Below are positions 25,801 to 38,800 of a DNA stretch of 64,000 bases, piece by piece. The position numbers were made by a program, and so were the translations under genes. Within the stretch, counting starts at the first letter, position 1. Each line of letters starts with the position of its first letter. The notes under the pieces were generated by a model. The model saw only the letters and a list, made by a program, of their open reading frames with translations. It did no database searches and was not told the origin of the DNA. This DNA is from Eledone cirrhosa (lineage: Eukaryota): positions 22,444,001-22,508,000 of the forward strand of contig OZ024747.1 in assembly GCA_964016885.1 (NCBI GenBank), given 5' to 3'.

Positions 25801-28552
25801 TTGAACCACACATCTGCTGTATACCAGGCAGCTGTAATAATCATTACACCTAAGCAACCTGACCAAACTTTCACTACCTAAATCTCTAAAGAAACTGATT
25901 TTATTATCAGATTTCAAATTACATTTTTATATTTCATTTATTAATTATTTTTTAAATTCCAGATACTTTGGGTTGTGCAAATAAACTGGTTCCAGTGGTT
26001 ATTGGTAATCATTGGTGCTTCCCTATCTGGTGGTGTGTTACTCTTTACTTTCTGGCCTGCTGTTAGAGAAGATGAGAAAAAGGTAAGCCACATTTACTTA
26101 TCAGATTTTATTTCTCTTTAAAGTGAAAGCAAAGGCAGAGAGAGAAAACGAGCAATAAAACAAAACAAAATTAAAAGAAGTATAATTAAGTCACAGAAAA
26201 ACAGTAAGCACATGTGTATGTGTAGGAGACATATATTTTTAAAATGTTCAAATTATAAAAATTTGTTGGGAATGTACGCAATGCAATGCATAAATATAAC
26301 TCAGAATGATATAGTAAATGTAGAACAACAATGTTTCATTGTGAAATAATCAATCCAGATATTTTAGCACCTTATTTACATAGAAGTTGGTGAAAATCGT
26401 CAAAATACTGACCTCGAGTATAAGTCCCCACCCATTTTACTATCGATTGGGGGGGGGGGGGGGGGTTTTACATATTCCTCAGCTTATATTCGAGTATATA
26501 TGGTATATATGATTTTCTTTATATAGGATATAGTTGACTATAATTATTTCTGGCAGTATCAGTAGAGGGTCGGACGCCATGCTTTCTAGCATAGTTACGT
26601 CCCTTTACGATCTGAGTTCAAATCCCGCCAAGGTTGACTTTGCCTTTCATCCTTATGGGGTCGATAAAATGAAGTACCAGTAATGCACTGGGTAATTGCT
26701 GGCCTTGTGCCTAAAGTAGAAACAATTATTTCTTACATATTTCTTTAGATACGATACACAGTATCCCTGTGTGTTGAAGGAATGACTAAAAGTGTTGGTG
26801 TTTGGAAAGACATCCAATTCTAAAACATTGTCTTAAGTCCAATCCAGGCCAGCATGGAAAAGTCAACGGAAAAATGATGGTGATGATCATAATTCCTAAT
26901 AAATATGTAATCACAAAATAATCATATTTTGTGACTGAGAGGAACCCTAACATGACACTTCTAGTTTGTCTACACTATCTCCCCCACCCCATCCCACCCA
27001 ACCCTGCACTACCTGAAAAAATAATTGTAGCATTCAAAGGGTGGAAGATAGAGTAAATAACTTTAGCCATGTAACAGATGACTGCTGCACAGTTTTCTGT
27101 GTTTTTCATCAATCGATAACTCTTACTCTCACTACTAATACACACAGGTGGGCATATGTGTGTCATCATCATCATTGTTTTATATCAGCTTTCTGTGCTG
27201 GCATGAGTTGTTAGGGTTTGAGTCAGTTTTATTTGGTGTTACTACCCTCATAAATGGATTGGTGGATCACACTTCACTCAAATATTCCAATTTTTGGCAT
27301 GATTTATATGGCTGGATGCACTTCATAACACTAACCACTTTCCAGAGACTACTGGGTGCATGTTATCATTGCACTAGCACTATTATGAATGTGCAATAAA
27401 TAGAAACTATTTATATTTTGTTCTCGGACTATAACTAACTGGAAATGTAAATGTATTAGTCTATAATTTGGTTGCTTTCATTTATTTCTTGATAAAATAC
27501 TTTTTTTCTGATTCATAGATTGCCTGGGGAGCAATGTTTTTAATACTATTGTTTCATGCTCTGCTGGCTGTAGGATTTGTGGTAAGTTTACTTTTATTAT
27601 TGAGAAATATTTTTCTACTCCTATTAAATTTCTAGTTAATTAGTTGGTCCATACTCCTAACTGGGCTAAAGAATTAATGTTCCTTTTCCACATTTCTTTG
27701 TCTATCATTGCCATGTTCAGTTCAGGTTATCAATGTATATGACATTATATCTACCACATCTTTCCATTCTGTGTCGTGGATCCTACATGACTATCATTGA
27801 TGCTTCCTTTTCTGGATGTCATGCACAATATCCTGATCGATGGAGTTGACTTTTTCTGATTTTCTTACTTATTTTAGGTTTCCATACAAACATTTGTTTG
27901 TCTGTCATGTGCTGCTACCTTCACTTTAAGGGTCACACATAGTATCCTTGTATAGCAACTATCAAGACTCGTTTCTATTTGTTTTGTGAGTGACTATGTC
28001 TTATTGGCATACAAGAGGATCAATTCAACAATGGCTTAGAACAACCTTTGTTTCTCTTGGCAGTCTTCTTACCTTCCAGATTTTCTGCAATTTATAGCAC
28101 ACTATCTTTAAAATACTTCTCTGACCTTACATTAAACCAAGTTTTCAAATGTTCGTTTTATTTATTTGCTAATACATAAAAAAATACTATATTTAACAAA
28201 TCAAATAACAAATTAGTTCCCTTCTGATTTAATTGATAATATAAAATAAAATTCTAATGAAAATTACTTAACTAATATATACCAATATGTATCAGTAACC
28301 TATCTTTAATTTTTTTTAATCTCTTTAACTTTTTAATTTTAATTATTTTTACACAATTATCATTATTCATTTTTAACAAATGAAAAAAAAAAAAAAAAAG
28401 TGTTCTGAAGGAAATTATTGAATTTTTATTCTTTGCAGCTGTATTTTTTCCATGTTCCTGCACCAATTCCTGCAGATGTTAGCACTACTACTACTACAGC
28501 AGCAACAACTGTGACAGTATCATCATCATTTATCACCCATCAACCAAAGTAG
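4089..28552 (+). CDS. YIPF1: YIPF1 (Yip1 domain family, Golgi membrane protein), 9 coding exons, 314 aa: 4089-4136, 14246-14282, 17264-17388, 20112-20280, 23591-23704, 24192-24346, 25963-26082, 27519-27581, 28439-28552
   Basis: Spliced product carries YIPF1/2 hallmarks: ELQF, GDKTELL, PFWKFDYYQQFFDVD, IRPNPDLYGPFWICTTLVF, AGNLANY, YSFLEMISVYGYSLAIYIP, FWPAVRED, FHALLAVGFVLYFF. All introns GT-AG; exon lengths sum to 945 nt in frame. Confidence 0.93.
6955..7175 (-). mobile_element. tRNA-derived SINE family A (core GAGTTCAAATCCCGCCGAGGTTAACTTTGCCTTTCATCC...AAAGTACCAG)
   Basis: B-box GAGTTCAAATC; many copies in the window, e.g. 885-980, 6345-6500, 12970-13090, 26555-26730, 30370-30570, 47140-47305, 49640-50080, 51270-51455, 61055-61460, 61685-61872, 63180-63330. 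Confidence 0.85.
9737..10200 (-). mobile_element. Decayed CRE-like non-LTR retrotransposon fragment (zinc-knuckle region), copy 1
   Basis: Translation IGATLYLGHSMCELHKCHCGITVDESSLHL...H-x-ALN resembles the C-x-C-G-x2-VD...H...RH-x2-LN motif; inverted copy at 13640-14163. Confidence 0.6.
13640..14163 (+). mobile_element. Decayed CRE-like non-LTR retrotransposon fragment, copy 2
   Basis: 13818-14163 is the near-identical reverse complement of 9737-10076. Confidence 0.6.
14246..14282 (+). CDS. YIPF1: YIPF1 exon 2 (GKKTAEDELQFH)
   Basis: Poly-T tract plus TAG acceptor, GTAAAT donor; DELQF matches the N-terminal DDLQF motif of YIPF1. Confidence 0.85.
16549..16750. mobile_element. piggyBac-type MITE (TTAA|CCCTTTAGCATTTA...TAAATGCTAAAGGG|TTAA)
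   Basis: CCC/GGG termini, short TIR, TTAA target site; other copies at ~9076-9284, 34811-34980, 45159-45386, 50135-50363, 58350-58723, 59902-60132, 62472-62643. Confidence 0.8.
17264..17388 (+). CDS. YIPF1: YIPF1 exon 3
   Basis: TTTTCAG acceptor, GAG|GTGTAT donor; ends ESDEEEGDKTE. Confidence 0.9.
20112..20280 (+). CDS. YIPF1: YIPF1 exon 4
   Basis: LLKEEKRLYPFWKFDYYQQFFDVDSNQVFWRIMGSMTPNPRRNFLKSQIRPNPDLY; TTTTAG acceptor, GTATGT donor. Confidence 0.95.
20555..20928 (-). mobile_element. tRNA-headed SINE family B with RTE-derived 3' tail
   Basis: Head GGAGGCACATGGCTTAGTGGTTAGAGC...GAGTTCAATTC; tail GGTGTTAGGAAGGGCATCCAGCTGTAGAAA...GGACGTAAAA(TGA)n shared with the RTE LINEs in this window. 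Confidence 0.85.
22201..23429 (-). mobile_element. 5'-truncated RTE-clade LINE in YIPF1 intron 4 (ORF 23369-22506 open; 3' UTR and (TGA)n tail)
   Basis: GL(K)VN-x-KTK, F-x-YLG, MLHGSETW, RRLRWYGHVMRM and GRPK-x-TW motifs of the RT thumb/C-terminus; (ATC)n tail at 22201. Confidence 0.92.
23591..23704 (+). CDS. YIPF1: YIPF1 exon 5
   Basis: GPFWICTTLVFTTAIAGNLANYFQSKGQNYHWQYDFHK; TTACAG acceptor, GTATTT donor. Confidence 0.95.
24192..24346 (+). CDS. YIPF1: YIPF1 exon 6
   Basis: VTFAATAIFSYWWIIPTLLFGLLWWRGSSVGYSFLEMISVYGYSLAIYIPIS; TTTCAG acceptor, GTAAGT donor. Confidence 0.95.
24710..25210 (+). mobile_element. Decayed RTE reverse-transcriptase fragment
   Basis: Recognisable remnants LLNVENKWD, KMKSGKA, IPLYKGK, YRAIKLLEH, with stops and frameshifts. 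Confidence 0.6.
25963..26082 (+). CDS. YIPF1: YIPF1 exon 7
   Basis: ILWVVQINWFQWLLVIIGASLSGGVLLFTFWPAVREDEKK; TTCCAG acceptor, GTAAGC donor. Confidence 0.95.
27519..27581 (+). CDS. YIPF1: YIPF1 exon 8
   Basis: IAWGAMFLILLFHALLAVGFV; CATAG acceptor, GTAAGT donor. Confidence 0.93.
28439..28552 (+). CDS. YIPF1: YIPF1 exon 9 (terminal)
   Basis: LYFFHVPAPIPADVSTTTTTAATTVTVSSSFITHQPK*; TTTGCAG acceptor; Thr-rich tail as in vertebrate YIPF1. Confidence 0.9.
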   Translation: MYFFHVPAPIPADVSTTTTTAATTVTVSSSFITHQPK

Positions 28553-28685
28553 CATGGGTTAGACGGTTTTGTTCCATTTGATGCGGGAATGGTCGGGAGA
28601 CCATGTCTCGCTTGCACGGAAGTATCTCTAGCAGGTTATTTTTACAGCTGGATGCGCTTCCTAACACCAACCACATTTACAGTGT
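28519..28685 (-). mobile_element. RTE LINE/SINE 3' tail overlapping the YIPF1 stop codon
   Basis: TCATCATCATTT...TAGCATGGGTTAGACGG...CAGCTGGATGCGCTTCCTAACACCAACCACATTTACAGTG aligns with the tails at 22201, 34338 and 43063. Confidence 0.8.
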
Positions 28686-31465
28686 TTACATAAATTTAAG
28701 AGAAGCATTATTCAAAGACATCAACAGAACTATAAACAATTTCACAAAGTTATTTGGTGTGCCCGTCCAAATTCAATTTACTTTGCACATAAAGGATACT
28801 GTAAATAAACATAAAAATCAGTTTAGTCTTAAATACTATAAGATATTAGATATATAATATTGGTTTACATTAATGAAAGAATTTAATAAATACTTTAAGT
28901 ATTTTTAACATTAGTGAAGAATTTTAATTGAAAGCTTTATTTTTTTGTTTTCTTGAAATCATTATTCATGCAAGATTGTATAGTTTATCAATTTTAGAAT
29001 ATTGCAATATTATATTGATTTTCTCATACCACCATCTCACGGAAAACAAAATCTAAAGGTGGAATTTAAAGATTTATTGTCATAGAATGATTTTGCAAAA
29101 CTCTGGATTGGTATCCATTGAGTGGCCAACTTATTCTATTTAATCATTTCTTATGTTTTAATAACTTTTAGAAGTAAATGAAAGCAGCTGAAAAATGAAG
29201 CTTAGCAATTAAGAAGTTGAATATAATTCAAATTTTCCAGGTATTTTAAAACCTAGAATTCACAAAAGATTATTTTCATTCGCCATACAGAAAAAAATAC
29301 ATTCTTTTACTGTTTATTATGTTATCTAAATTAGTTTGGTCTCCTTTCTGGTTAACTAATTTTTTCCAAGTACATATCTTCCTATAAATCACTTTGAGTT
29401 AGAGGAAATATACTTTGTAATTTGGAAGAAATACCTTCAAAAATTAACTTACATGAGTTCGAAATGGGAAAGAAAACAAGTTTATTATTTACTGCAAATG
29501 AATTTGGCTTTGTTTAAAGGTTGTGGTGGTGAAGTATTGATAGAGTTTATACACAAACATACCATGTTAAAATCTAAATCTCTATTGAATTTATTCTCAC
29601 ATATTTCCTTCTTTTAGTTTCAACCGCATCATTTAATGTTAGAAACCTTGTATATATTTCTGAAATCAAATTAAATATAACTCAGAGATGAGGTTATCCT
29701 TAACTTCAAAGCATTTTAAACATGGAATATGACTAAAGTTATGAAGCTCATCAATGACTTGAAACTAGAACCTTTGGATTATTTAATTCCTTTAAAGACA
29801 GATTTGGAAACTCAAAATTAATCACATCTTTTAATAACAATTTTATGTTTTTCATTTAATCAGAATTTCCATGTGGTTTTTCAACTTATTTCTCTCACCT
29901 CATTATTGGGAATGGCTTTTATTTAATTCCTGGATATATATATCATACTGCAGGATACTTATGCTTTTTATGACATAGTCATAGATCTTTACTCAATCTA
30001 GTCTGGCTTATCTATATTTGAGTAACAAATGATCATATTTTGAATATACTAAGTCTATAGCTTAATATTCTTTTATATTTACCATATGAAATGTTTTGTA
30101 TTTCAAAAATACTTAGGAAAGCTAGACTTATATACTGCTGCATATATCTAAGCCTTGGAAAGTATTTCTGGAACTTTCAATATTTTGAAGTTTCCACTGC
30201 ACAAACATCGAGGATTCTGCTTTTATACTATTTTGAAATTTTCTGACCTTTGAAACCCTATCAATATTTTTGTATTTGTGATCTTAATTTTTATTTCTAT
30301 CATTTTTTTTCTGTTTACTACTATGATAAAATTTAAACTGGTGGTGTTATTTCTATGTAGAAAAGGGCAATGGATTGGCAGTATCGATAGAATGTTGGAC
30401 CAAATGTTTTGTGATATTTAGTTATGGCTTTCAACATTCTGAGTTCAAATCCCGCCATGGTTAACTTTGCCTTTCAATCTTCCAGGGTTGATAAAATAAA
30501 GGACCAGTTAAGTACTGGGGTTGATATAATTGACTTTCCTCTTCCCCCAAATTGCTGGCCTTTTGCCACTGTTACAAAGAACTATTTCTATATAGAAATA
30601 TGTAAATTTGTTGACCTTGTCTCATTTATTTTTCAATATTTTTTATTCAGTTTTTTTGTGTATTATTTTCAAATAACATTCCATAGTCATCGTTTTGTTG
30701 TTTAAATATAAACTTTGGAATGCTATCAAGATTTTAAGCTTGAATTGAGAGATTATCTTCAGAAAGTCCTTGGTAATATGAGCTCAATAGTGTTTCTATA
30801 TTTCATTCAGTGTAGCAATTTTACATCCAAAATTTAAAGAAAAACAACCTTCTCCCACATTATTCACTAATAAAAAATATTTACCAATGAAAAGACTTTG
30901 TATGGTATTTTTAATATTGTCATTAAATGTCAACACAGTCCATAGAAGTAGCTGAAACAGTTCTCAAAATGAAAAGTTGTCTAATATCCTTGTACACACT
31001 CTTTTCCTTCAAGTATTTTCATTGATATTCATAGACATTTATCAATGCATCTGAATGATTTTTGTGGATTGGTATGAAATATTCAACTTGTATTTTTTGT
31101 GATGCTCTTATACAAATCACCACCCCTATGAAATATTCTGTTTTAGGCTAATATAACAGAAATCATTGGAATTGATTGAAATTAGATCTTAATATTTTTA
31201 ATATCAAATCAAAAATGAACATGAAATTAAAAAAGAATTGAAAATTGAAACCTAGTTATGAAATTTGTGTGTGTATGTATATATTGTGAAGTGATTCCAA
31301 TGGTGAGCACAACACTATTTCAACATGATTTCCACAAATATTTTCAAGTGGTTCTCTTGAAATTACTTAAGGAAATTAAGTTGAAATGGCTGGGCTCTCT
31401 TCACTATACCTACTCTGCATTTCATCATGCATCAATTGCTACTTTGATTTGCACCATAGATACTA

Positions 31466-31506
<41 letters not shown>

Positions 31507-31561
31507 GTCCAAATTCATAGATTTCAATTACTTCTTGATTATATCTCCATATGCACACATG

Positions 31562-31603
<42 letters not shown>

Positions 31604-33803
31604 CACATACAATATTCATAAACTATTTGTGTGTTTTGACTTCTATCAAGTTATAAATAGTCTCTACACATAGTTGTTTATGATAGAATCCTAGACATCT
31701 AATTTGTCTGCTGCCTGTAACATCAATTTTCTCCCCAAAATCTAATTATCTGATTGTTTTCAATTTTCCTCATTCTTATTTTAAAACAAAGTGAGAAATT
31801 TACCTCGGGGAAAATACCACCACTACAACACTTACAACAAATATTATACACTGTGCCAGGTGATAATTATATACTGTGTTAGGTGATAATTCCCAAAAGT
31901 TTATATATAGTTTCATTTTATGTTTTTGCTTCCTATTTGGAACCCTATTCTGATATTATGAAGTTGGTACTGATAAATACATTGTGATATATGTTGGTAA
32001 TATTCATCTGTTCCCTATCCACCAGTATTTTATTTAATAATTTATTGTAATGTATTTGCTGTCTAAATAAATAAATGAGTGAATGAACTGAAAAAAAAAC
32101 AACTATATATCTTTGTTTTTGTATCTCTATATTGATGATTTTGATAAATACTGCATCATATCTATTAGAACGTCAGATAGAATGCTTTATGGTACTCGTT
32201 CTGGCTCTCTATACTCTGAGGTCAACTTTGCCTTTCATCCTTTTGAGGTCAATAAAAAAAAAAGTACCAGTCTAGTACTGGGGTGAATTCTTCCTCTATA
32301 TCTCTTTCTCATTTCCTCTCTCTCACTTTCTATCTTTCTCTGGAAGAAATCTGCAGTACTCAGGCCTGGAGAAGGATGGACTTCACCAGGCTTTAAATGT
32401 CCAAGAAACACAGCATATCAATACAACTCCTCCAGGAGTTACAGGACCATATATATATATTTGAATGGTACTTTATTTTATCAATCCTTGGAGTATGTAA
32501 AGTAAAGCTGACCTCTACAGGATTTGAACCCAAAATGTATAGAGCCAGAACAAATTCTGCATTAGTATTTTATCTGACAGTCTACCAATTCCACCAGCCA
32601 CCACCCTTCAATGTCTGACAAAGATTGATAATGGCTTAGCCCAACTAGGATTTGTCTGCTAGTTATTATTAGTTTTCTTTATAGCAACGGAAATGTTGCA
32701 TGACTGCACACACATACATCTCTCATTCACAGAATTCAGGTAACCCACTAAACAATCACTCACACTGTTTCATCTATAACATCATTATCATCATTTAATA
32801 TTTATTTTTCATGCTTGTTTGAGTTAGATGGGTTGACACGTTCTAAAGCCAGACAGGTCAGGTAACCATGTCCTGCTCATACATTCCGTTTTGGGCTTGA
32901 TTTCTATGGCTGGATGCCCTTCCTAATGCCAACCACTTTACAGAATTGACTGAGAGCATTTTTCATGGTACCAGCACTACCACCTTACAGGGTGGACTGG
33001 GCACATTTTGTCGTGACATCAACACTACCACTTTACAGAGTACATGTATTCTGTAACATGGAGAATTCTCAATTCTAATTAATTGTAATAATTGGTTTAT
33101 AATCGTCTTTAAACATAACTTAATCTACCTCAGCCACAATAGACTGGTCCAGAAATGATTAGGGATAATCTACATAAGCAACCTCCTCAAGTGAAAACTT
33201 CTCTGATTTTTTATCACCAACCTCAGTATGCTATTGGTGTTTGTAACAAGTGCAGTTGTAGAGTGGAAGTTAGGTTCTGGTCAAACAGATATTGACTCAG
33301 TTTGAATGCTTTCTACTAAACTCATTTAGTTGACCAATGAAACAGGCACTTGGGAATACTGAAATAAGCCTTCATGAAACTAGTATTTTATCAAGAGGGA
33401 CATTTGACTCTTAGCTAATTAACCATTTTGTTACTGTATTTCTAATGAAGTACACTGCTTCTGTGCATTAATTAATTTTGAAGAATTTAATGAAAGCTGA
33501 TGTTTGAAACATTATTTAACAAAAATTTCTTAAATAAAATTATGGTAAAGGGTTTAATAGAAGTATGAACATTTTAAAATGAGCAGATGTGTATCATAAT
33601 ACTGGTGTGGTTACAGGTAGATTGATATCATGGAACTGATTTTATGAAAGGTGCATGACATAAGCACTGTGGGATTGATTTTGTAAAAGACTTTTCTAAA
33701 GTCAAGGAACACCACAAAAAAATTATTTATTTATGATAAAATCAATTTAATTCTATGAAATCATTGTTTTATTAGGACAGTAATCAAATAAAACAAACGG
33801 AAA

Positions 33804-33979
33804 TCATATATTTCTATTTAAAGTTCCTGCGTTAATCCTCTTTATTAATAACCGAAGGAGTTTAATAACTTTTTCAGTTGCACATTGAATTGCTTCCCGT
33901 TGGTAATGTTTCTGACAAGTACCACTAAGACCAGTTGCTTTCTCTGATACAGTGGCCTTACATTTTGTCAAGCCTCGCA
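33804..33979 (-). CDS. Secreted Cys-protein gene, alternative terminal exon T4 (RGLTKCKATVSEKATGLSGTCQKHYQREAIQCATEKVIKLLRLLIKRINAGTLNRNI*)
   Basis: TCTCTTTCAG acceptor, phase 1, open to TGA; three Cys aligned with T1-T3; AATAAA ~30 nt after the stop. Confidence 0.8.
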
Positions 33980-35886
33980 CTGAAAGAGATGTAAATAAGT
34001 ATTTGTAATTAGACAGGACCATAAGAATCACAACTCTATAATTTCAGTAGTCAAAAGAGAATTGGTTTGCTATATTTACATAAAATCCTACTCAACACTA
34101 TTCTTTCATTGAAGACTTTAGTCAAATTTTGAATTAATTGATTGTATAGATTGTCAAGTGATACACTGAACACTCTAAGCACCAGTTTGAGATAGGTAAA
34201 GGAAACAGGTATCAGAATCATGTATATATCATCTGCTATGTGGCACATTAGTAATAATAGCCAAATTTTCCTCAAATCATACTCTGCTCCATCTTAACAA
34301 AAAGGACATGCTAACTATTAGATAATATAGTCCTTGATCATCGTTTAACGTCCATCTTCCACGCTAGCATGGATTAGACAGTTTTGTCCCATTTAGAGGC
34401 AAGTTGGGTCAGGTGACCGTGCCTCACTCATATAGGACAGTTTCTGGCTGGATGCCCTTCCTAGAGCCAACCGCACTGCATGCTGCATGCTTTTTACCGT
34501 GTCTTTTACACGATCACTTTACAGTGTGGGCTGAGTGTTCTTTGTCATGACCACTTACAGTGTGGGCTGGATGTTTCGTGGTACTAACGTCACATACACA
34601 TATATATCATGATAATGAAACATATATATATAAAATAATATAAATATTATCACTTGAAATTTATATATGTTGAACTTTCCAGTTACTTACACTATATATA
34701 ATTTAAAAAATTGGGATGGTCATGACAAAAACATTCTTGATAATTGATCTGTCTAATCAAAGGTGACCCAGACTTAAACTTAAACAAGGACTACACATCA
34801 ACAAACTGACTTAACCCTTTAGCATTTACATTACTCTATATTTACTATTAGATTTTCACGGTAAAGGCTTTACCTCACATAATATTGAATCTATGAGATT
34901 TTGAGAACAATACCTTAACATCAATATGAGTGGCTGGTTACAGCTGGTTTGAACAGAAAGAGGTGAAGGAATTCTGGCCGGTTTATAGAATTTTATTTTG
35001 GTCACCTTTATCATTTAAAAACAATCTATGCAGTTGCTCAACCAGCTAGAAGTAGTGACCAAATTCCCCTAGTGTTTTTTGTTGTTTCTTTTTTAAAGGA
35101 AGGACACAATTGATAAAAAGAAGAAGTATAATTGTTGTATATTGTGTTGAGTTTTGTACACACAACTCTTGGCAATGATGGATAACACAGTGTGATTCCC
35201 TGGGATGTTTTAACTGGTGTGTGCGTCCACGTGTACTGTGGTAATGTACTACTAATGTCCTTCAACACTCACCATTCATTGTTGTGTGGTTCCCTGGTCA
35301 CTTATGGTTATTGTGTAATATTTCACCTAGGCATTACTGTTATGTATTGTTAATGTTCAGCATCTGTTGTGCCATTTCACGGTATCTTATAGTAGTTATA
35401 TACCAGTGTAATTGTCCACATATGTGTTGCTTAATGATCTAGAATCGATCTCTGACAGTTTTAACAATGAATCTACTGGTTGTTCAATCAATGGTGTTTT
35501 ACTAGGAAGCTTATAAGGTATGTATATTTTTGAATTAAAAGCAATCTTATTAAGTCTTATACATATAACTTACTCTGTGAAAGAAGTGGGGAGGAAGTTA
35601 CACATTGCTTGAAGTTTTTACCTTAGTGTCATTGCAGCTACTTCAACAGAAACTTCTTAAAACATTATGGGAATTTATTTTTTTGCTAAATAGCTTGCCA
35701 TCTCTGTGAGATGGTGAACTAATGGTTCTGAGAAAGAATAATGGCATCATGCTAAAAGCTAGAACATTGTTTTGCTTCATCTTACTGAGTGAACTGTAAA
35801 ATTCTCTACCTTTGACCTATAAAACTGAATTGTAGCCTAAATGATGTTCAAAAGAGTTCCAGGGCAGCCAAGATATATGGGTACAA

Positions 35887-38800
35887 GGCATGAGCCCTAT
35901 GGAACTGATTTTATGAAAGGTGCATGACATAAGCCCTATGGAACTGTTTTGTGAAAGATGTATGGCATGAGCCCTATGGAACTGTTTTGTGAAAGATGTA
36001 TGGCATGAGCCCTATGGAACTGATTTGTGAAAGATGTATGACATGAGCCCTATGGAACTGTTTTGTGAAAGATGTATGGCATGAGCCCTATGGAACTGAT
36101 TTGTGAAAGATGTATGACATGAGCCCTATGGAACTGTTTTGTGAAAGATGTATGACATGAGCCCTATGGAACTGTTTTGTGAAAGATGTATGACATGAGC
36201 CCTATGGAACTGATTTGTGAAAGATGTATGGCATGAGCCCTATGGAACTGATTTGTGAAAGATGTATGGCATGAGCCCTATGGAACTGTTTTGTGAAAGA
36301 TGTATGGCATGAGCCCTATGGAACTGTTTTGTGAAAGATGTATGACATGAGCCCTATGGAACTGATTTGTGAAAGATGTATGGCATGAGCCCTATGGAAC
36401 TGATTTGTGAAAGATGTATGGCATGAGCCCTATGGAACTGATTTGTGAAAGATGTATGACATGAGCCCTATGGAACTGTTTTGTGAAAGGTGTATGGCAT
36501 GAGCCCTATGGAACTGTTTTGTGAAAGGTGTATGACATGAGCCCTATGGAACTGATTTGTGAAAGATGTATGGCATGAGCCCTATGGAACTGATTTGTGA
36601 AAGATGTATGACATGAGCCCTATGGAACTGTTTTGTGAAAGATGTATGGCATGAGCCCTATGGAACTGTTTTGTGAAAGGTGTATGACATGAGCCCTATG
36701 GAACTGATTTGTGAAAGATGTATGACATGAGCCCTATGGAACTGATTTGTGAAAGATGTATGACATGAGCCCTATGGAACTGTTTTGTGAAAGATGTATG
36801 GCATGAGCCCTATGGAACTGATTTGTGAAAGATGTATGACATGAGCCCTATGGAACTGATTTGTGAAAGGTGTATGACATGAGCCCTATGGAACTGATTT
36901 GTGAAAGATGTATGACATGAGCCCTATGGAACTGTTTTGTGAAAGATGTATGGCATGAGCCCTATGGAACTGATTTGTGAAAGATGTATGACATGAGCCC
37001 TATGGAACTGATTTGTGAAAGATGTATGACATGAGCCCTATGGAACTGATTTGTGAAAGATGTATGACATGAGCCCTATGGAACTGATTTGTGAAAGATG
37101 TATGACATGAGCCCTATGGAACTGTTTTGTGAAAGATGTATGGCATGAGCCCTATGGAACTGTTTTGTGAAAGGTGTATGACATGAGCCCTATGGAACTG
37201 ATTTGTGAAAGATGTATGACATGAGCCCTATGGAACTGATTTGTGAAAGGTGTATGACATGAGCCCTATGGAACTGATTTGTGAAAGATGTATGACATGA
37301 GCCCTATGGAACTGTTTTGTGAAAGATGTATGGCATGAGCCCTATGGAACTGTTTTGTGAAAGATGTATGGCATGAGCCCTATGGAACTGATTTGTGAAA
37401 GATGTATGACATGAGCCCTATGGAACTGATTTGTGAAAGGTGTATGACATGAGCCCTATGGAACTGTTTTGTGAAAGATGTATGACATGAGCCCTATGGA
37501 ACTGTTTTGTGAAAGATGTATGACATGAGCCCTATGGAACTGTTTTGTGAAAGATGTATGACATGAGCCCTATGGAACTGATTTGTGAAAGATGTATGAC
37601 ATGAGCCCTATGGAACTGATTTGTGAAAGATGTATGACATGAGCCCTATGGAACTGATTTGTGAAAGATGTATGACATGAGCCCTATGGAACTGATTTGT
37701 GAAAGATGTATGACATGAGCCCTATGGAACTGATTTGTGAAAGATGTATGACATGAGCCCTATGGAACTGTTTTGTGAAAGATGTATGGCATGAGCCCTA
37801 TGGAACTGATTTGTGAAAGATGTATGACATGAGCCCTATGGAACTGATTTGTGAAAGATGTATGACATGAGCCCTATGGAACTGATTTGTGAAAGATGTA
37901 TGACATGAGCCCTATGGAACTGTTTTGTGAAAGATGTATGACATGAGCCCTATGGAACTGATTTGTGAAAGATGTATGGCATGAGCCCTATGGAACTGAT
38001 TTGTGAAAGATGTATGGCATGAGCCCTATGGAACTGATTTGTGAAAGATGTATGACATGAGCCCTATGGAACTGTTTTGTGAAAGGTGTATGGCATGAGC
38101 CCTATGGAACTGTTTTGTGAAAGGTGTATGACATGAGCCCTATGGAACTGATTTGTGAAAGATGTATGGCATGAGCCCTATGGAACTGATTTGTGAAAGA
38201 TGTATGACATGAGCCCTATGGAACTGTTTTGTGAAAGATGTATGGCATGAGCCCTATGGAACTGTTTTGTGAAAGGTGTATGACATGAGCCCTATGGAAC
38301 TGATTTGTGAAAGATGTATGACATGAGCCCTATGGAACTGATTTGTGAAAGATGTATGACATGAGCCCTATGGAACTGTTTTGTGAAAGATGTATGGCAT
38401 GAGCCCTATGGAACTGATTTGTGAAAGATGTATGACATGAGCCCTATGGAACTGATTTGTGAAAGGTGTATGACATGAGCCCTATGGAACTGATTTGTGA
38501 AAGATGTATGACATGAGCCCTATGGAACTGTTTTGTGAAAGATGTATGGCATGAGCCCTATGGAACTGTTTTGTGAAAGGTGTATGACATGAGCCCTATG
38601 GAACTGATTTGTGAAAGATGTATGACATGAGCCCTATGGAACTGATTTGTGAAAGGTGTATGACATGAGCCCTATGGAACTGATTTGTGAAAGATGTATG
38701 ACATGAGCCCTATGGAACTGTTTTGTGAAAGATGTATGGCATGAGCCCTATGGAACTGTTTTGTGAAAGATGTATGGCATGAGCCCTATGGAACTGATTT

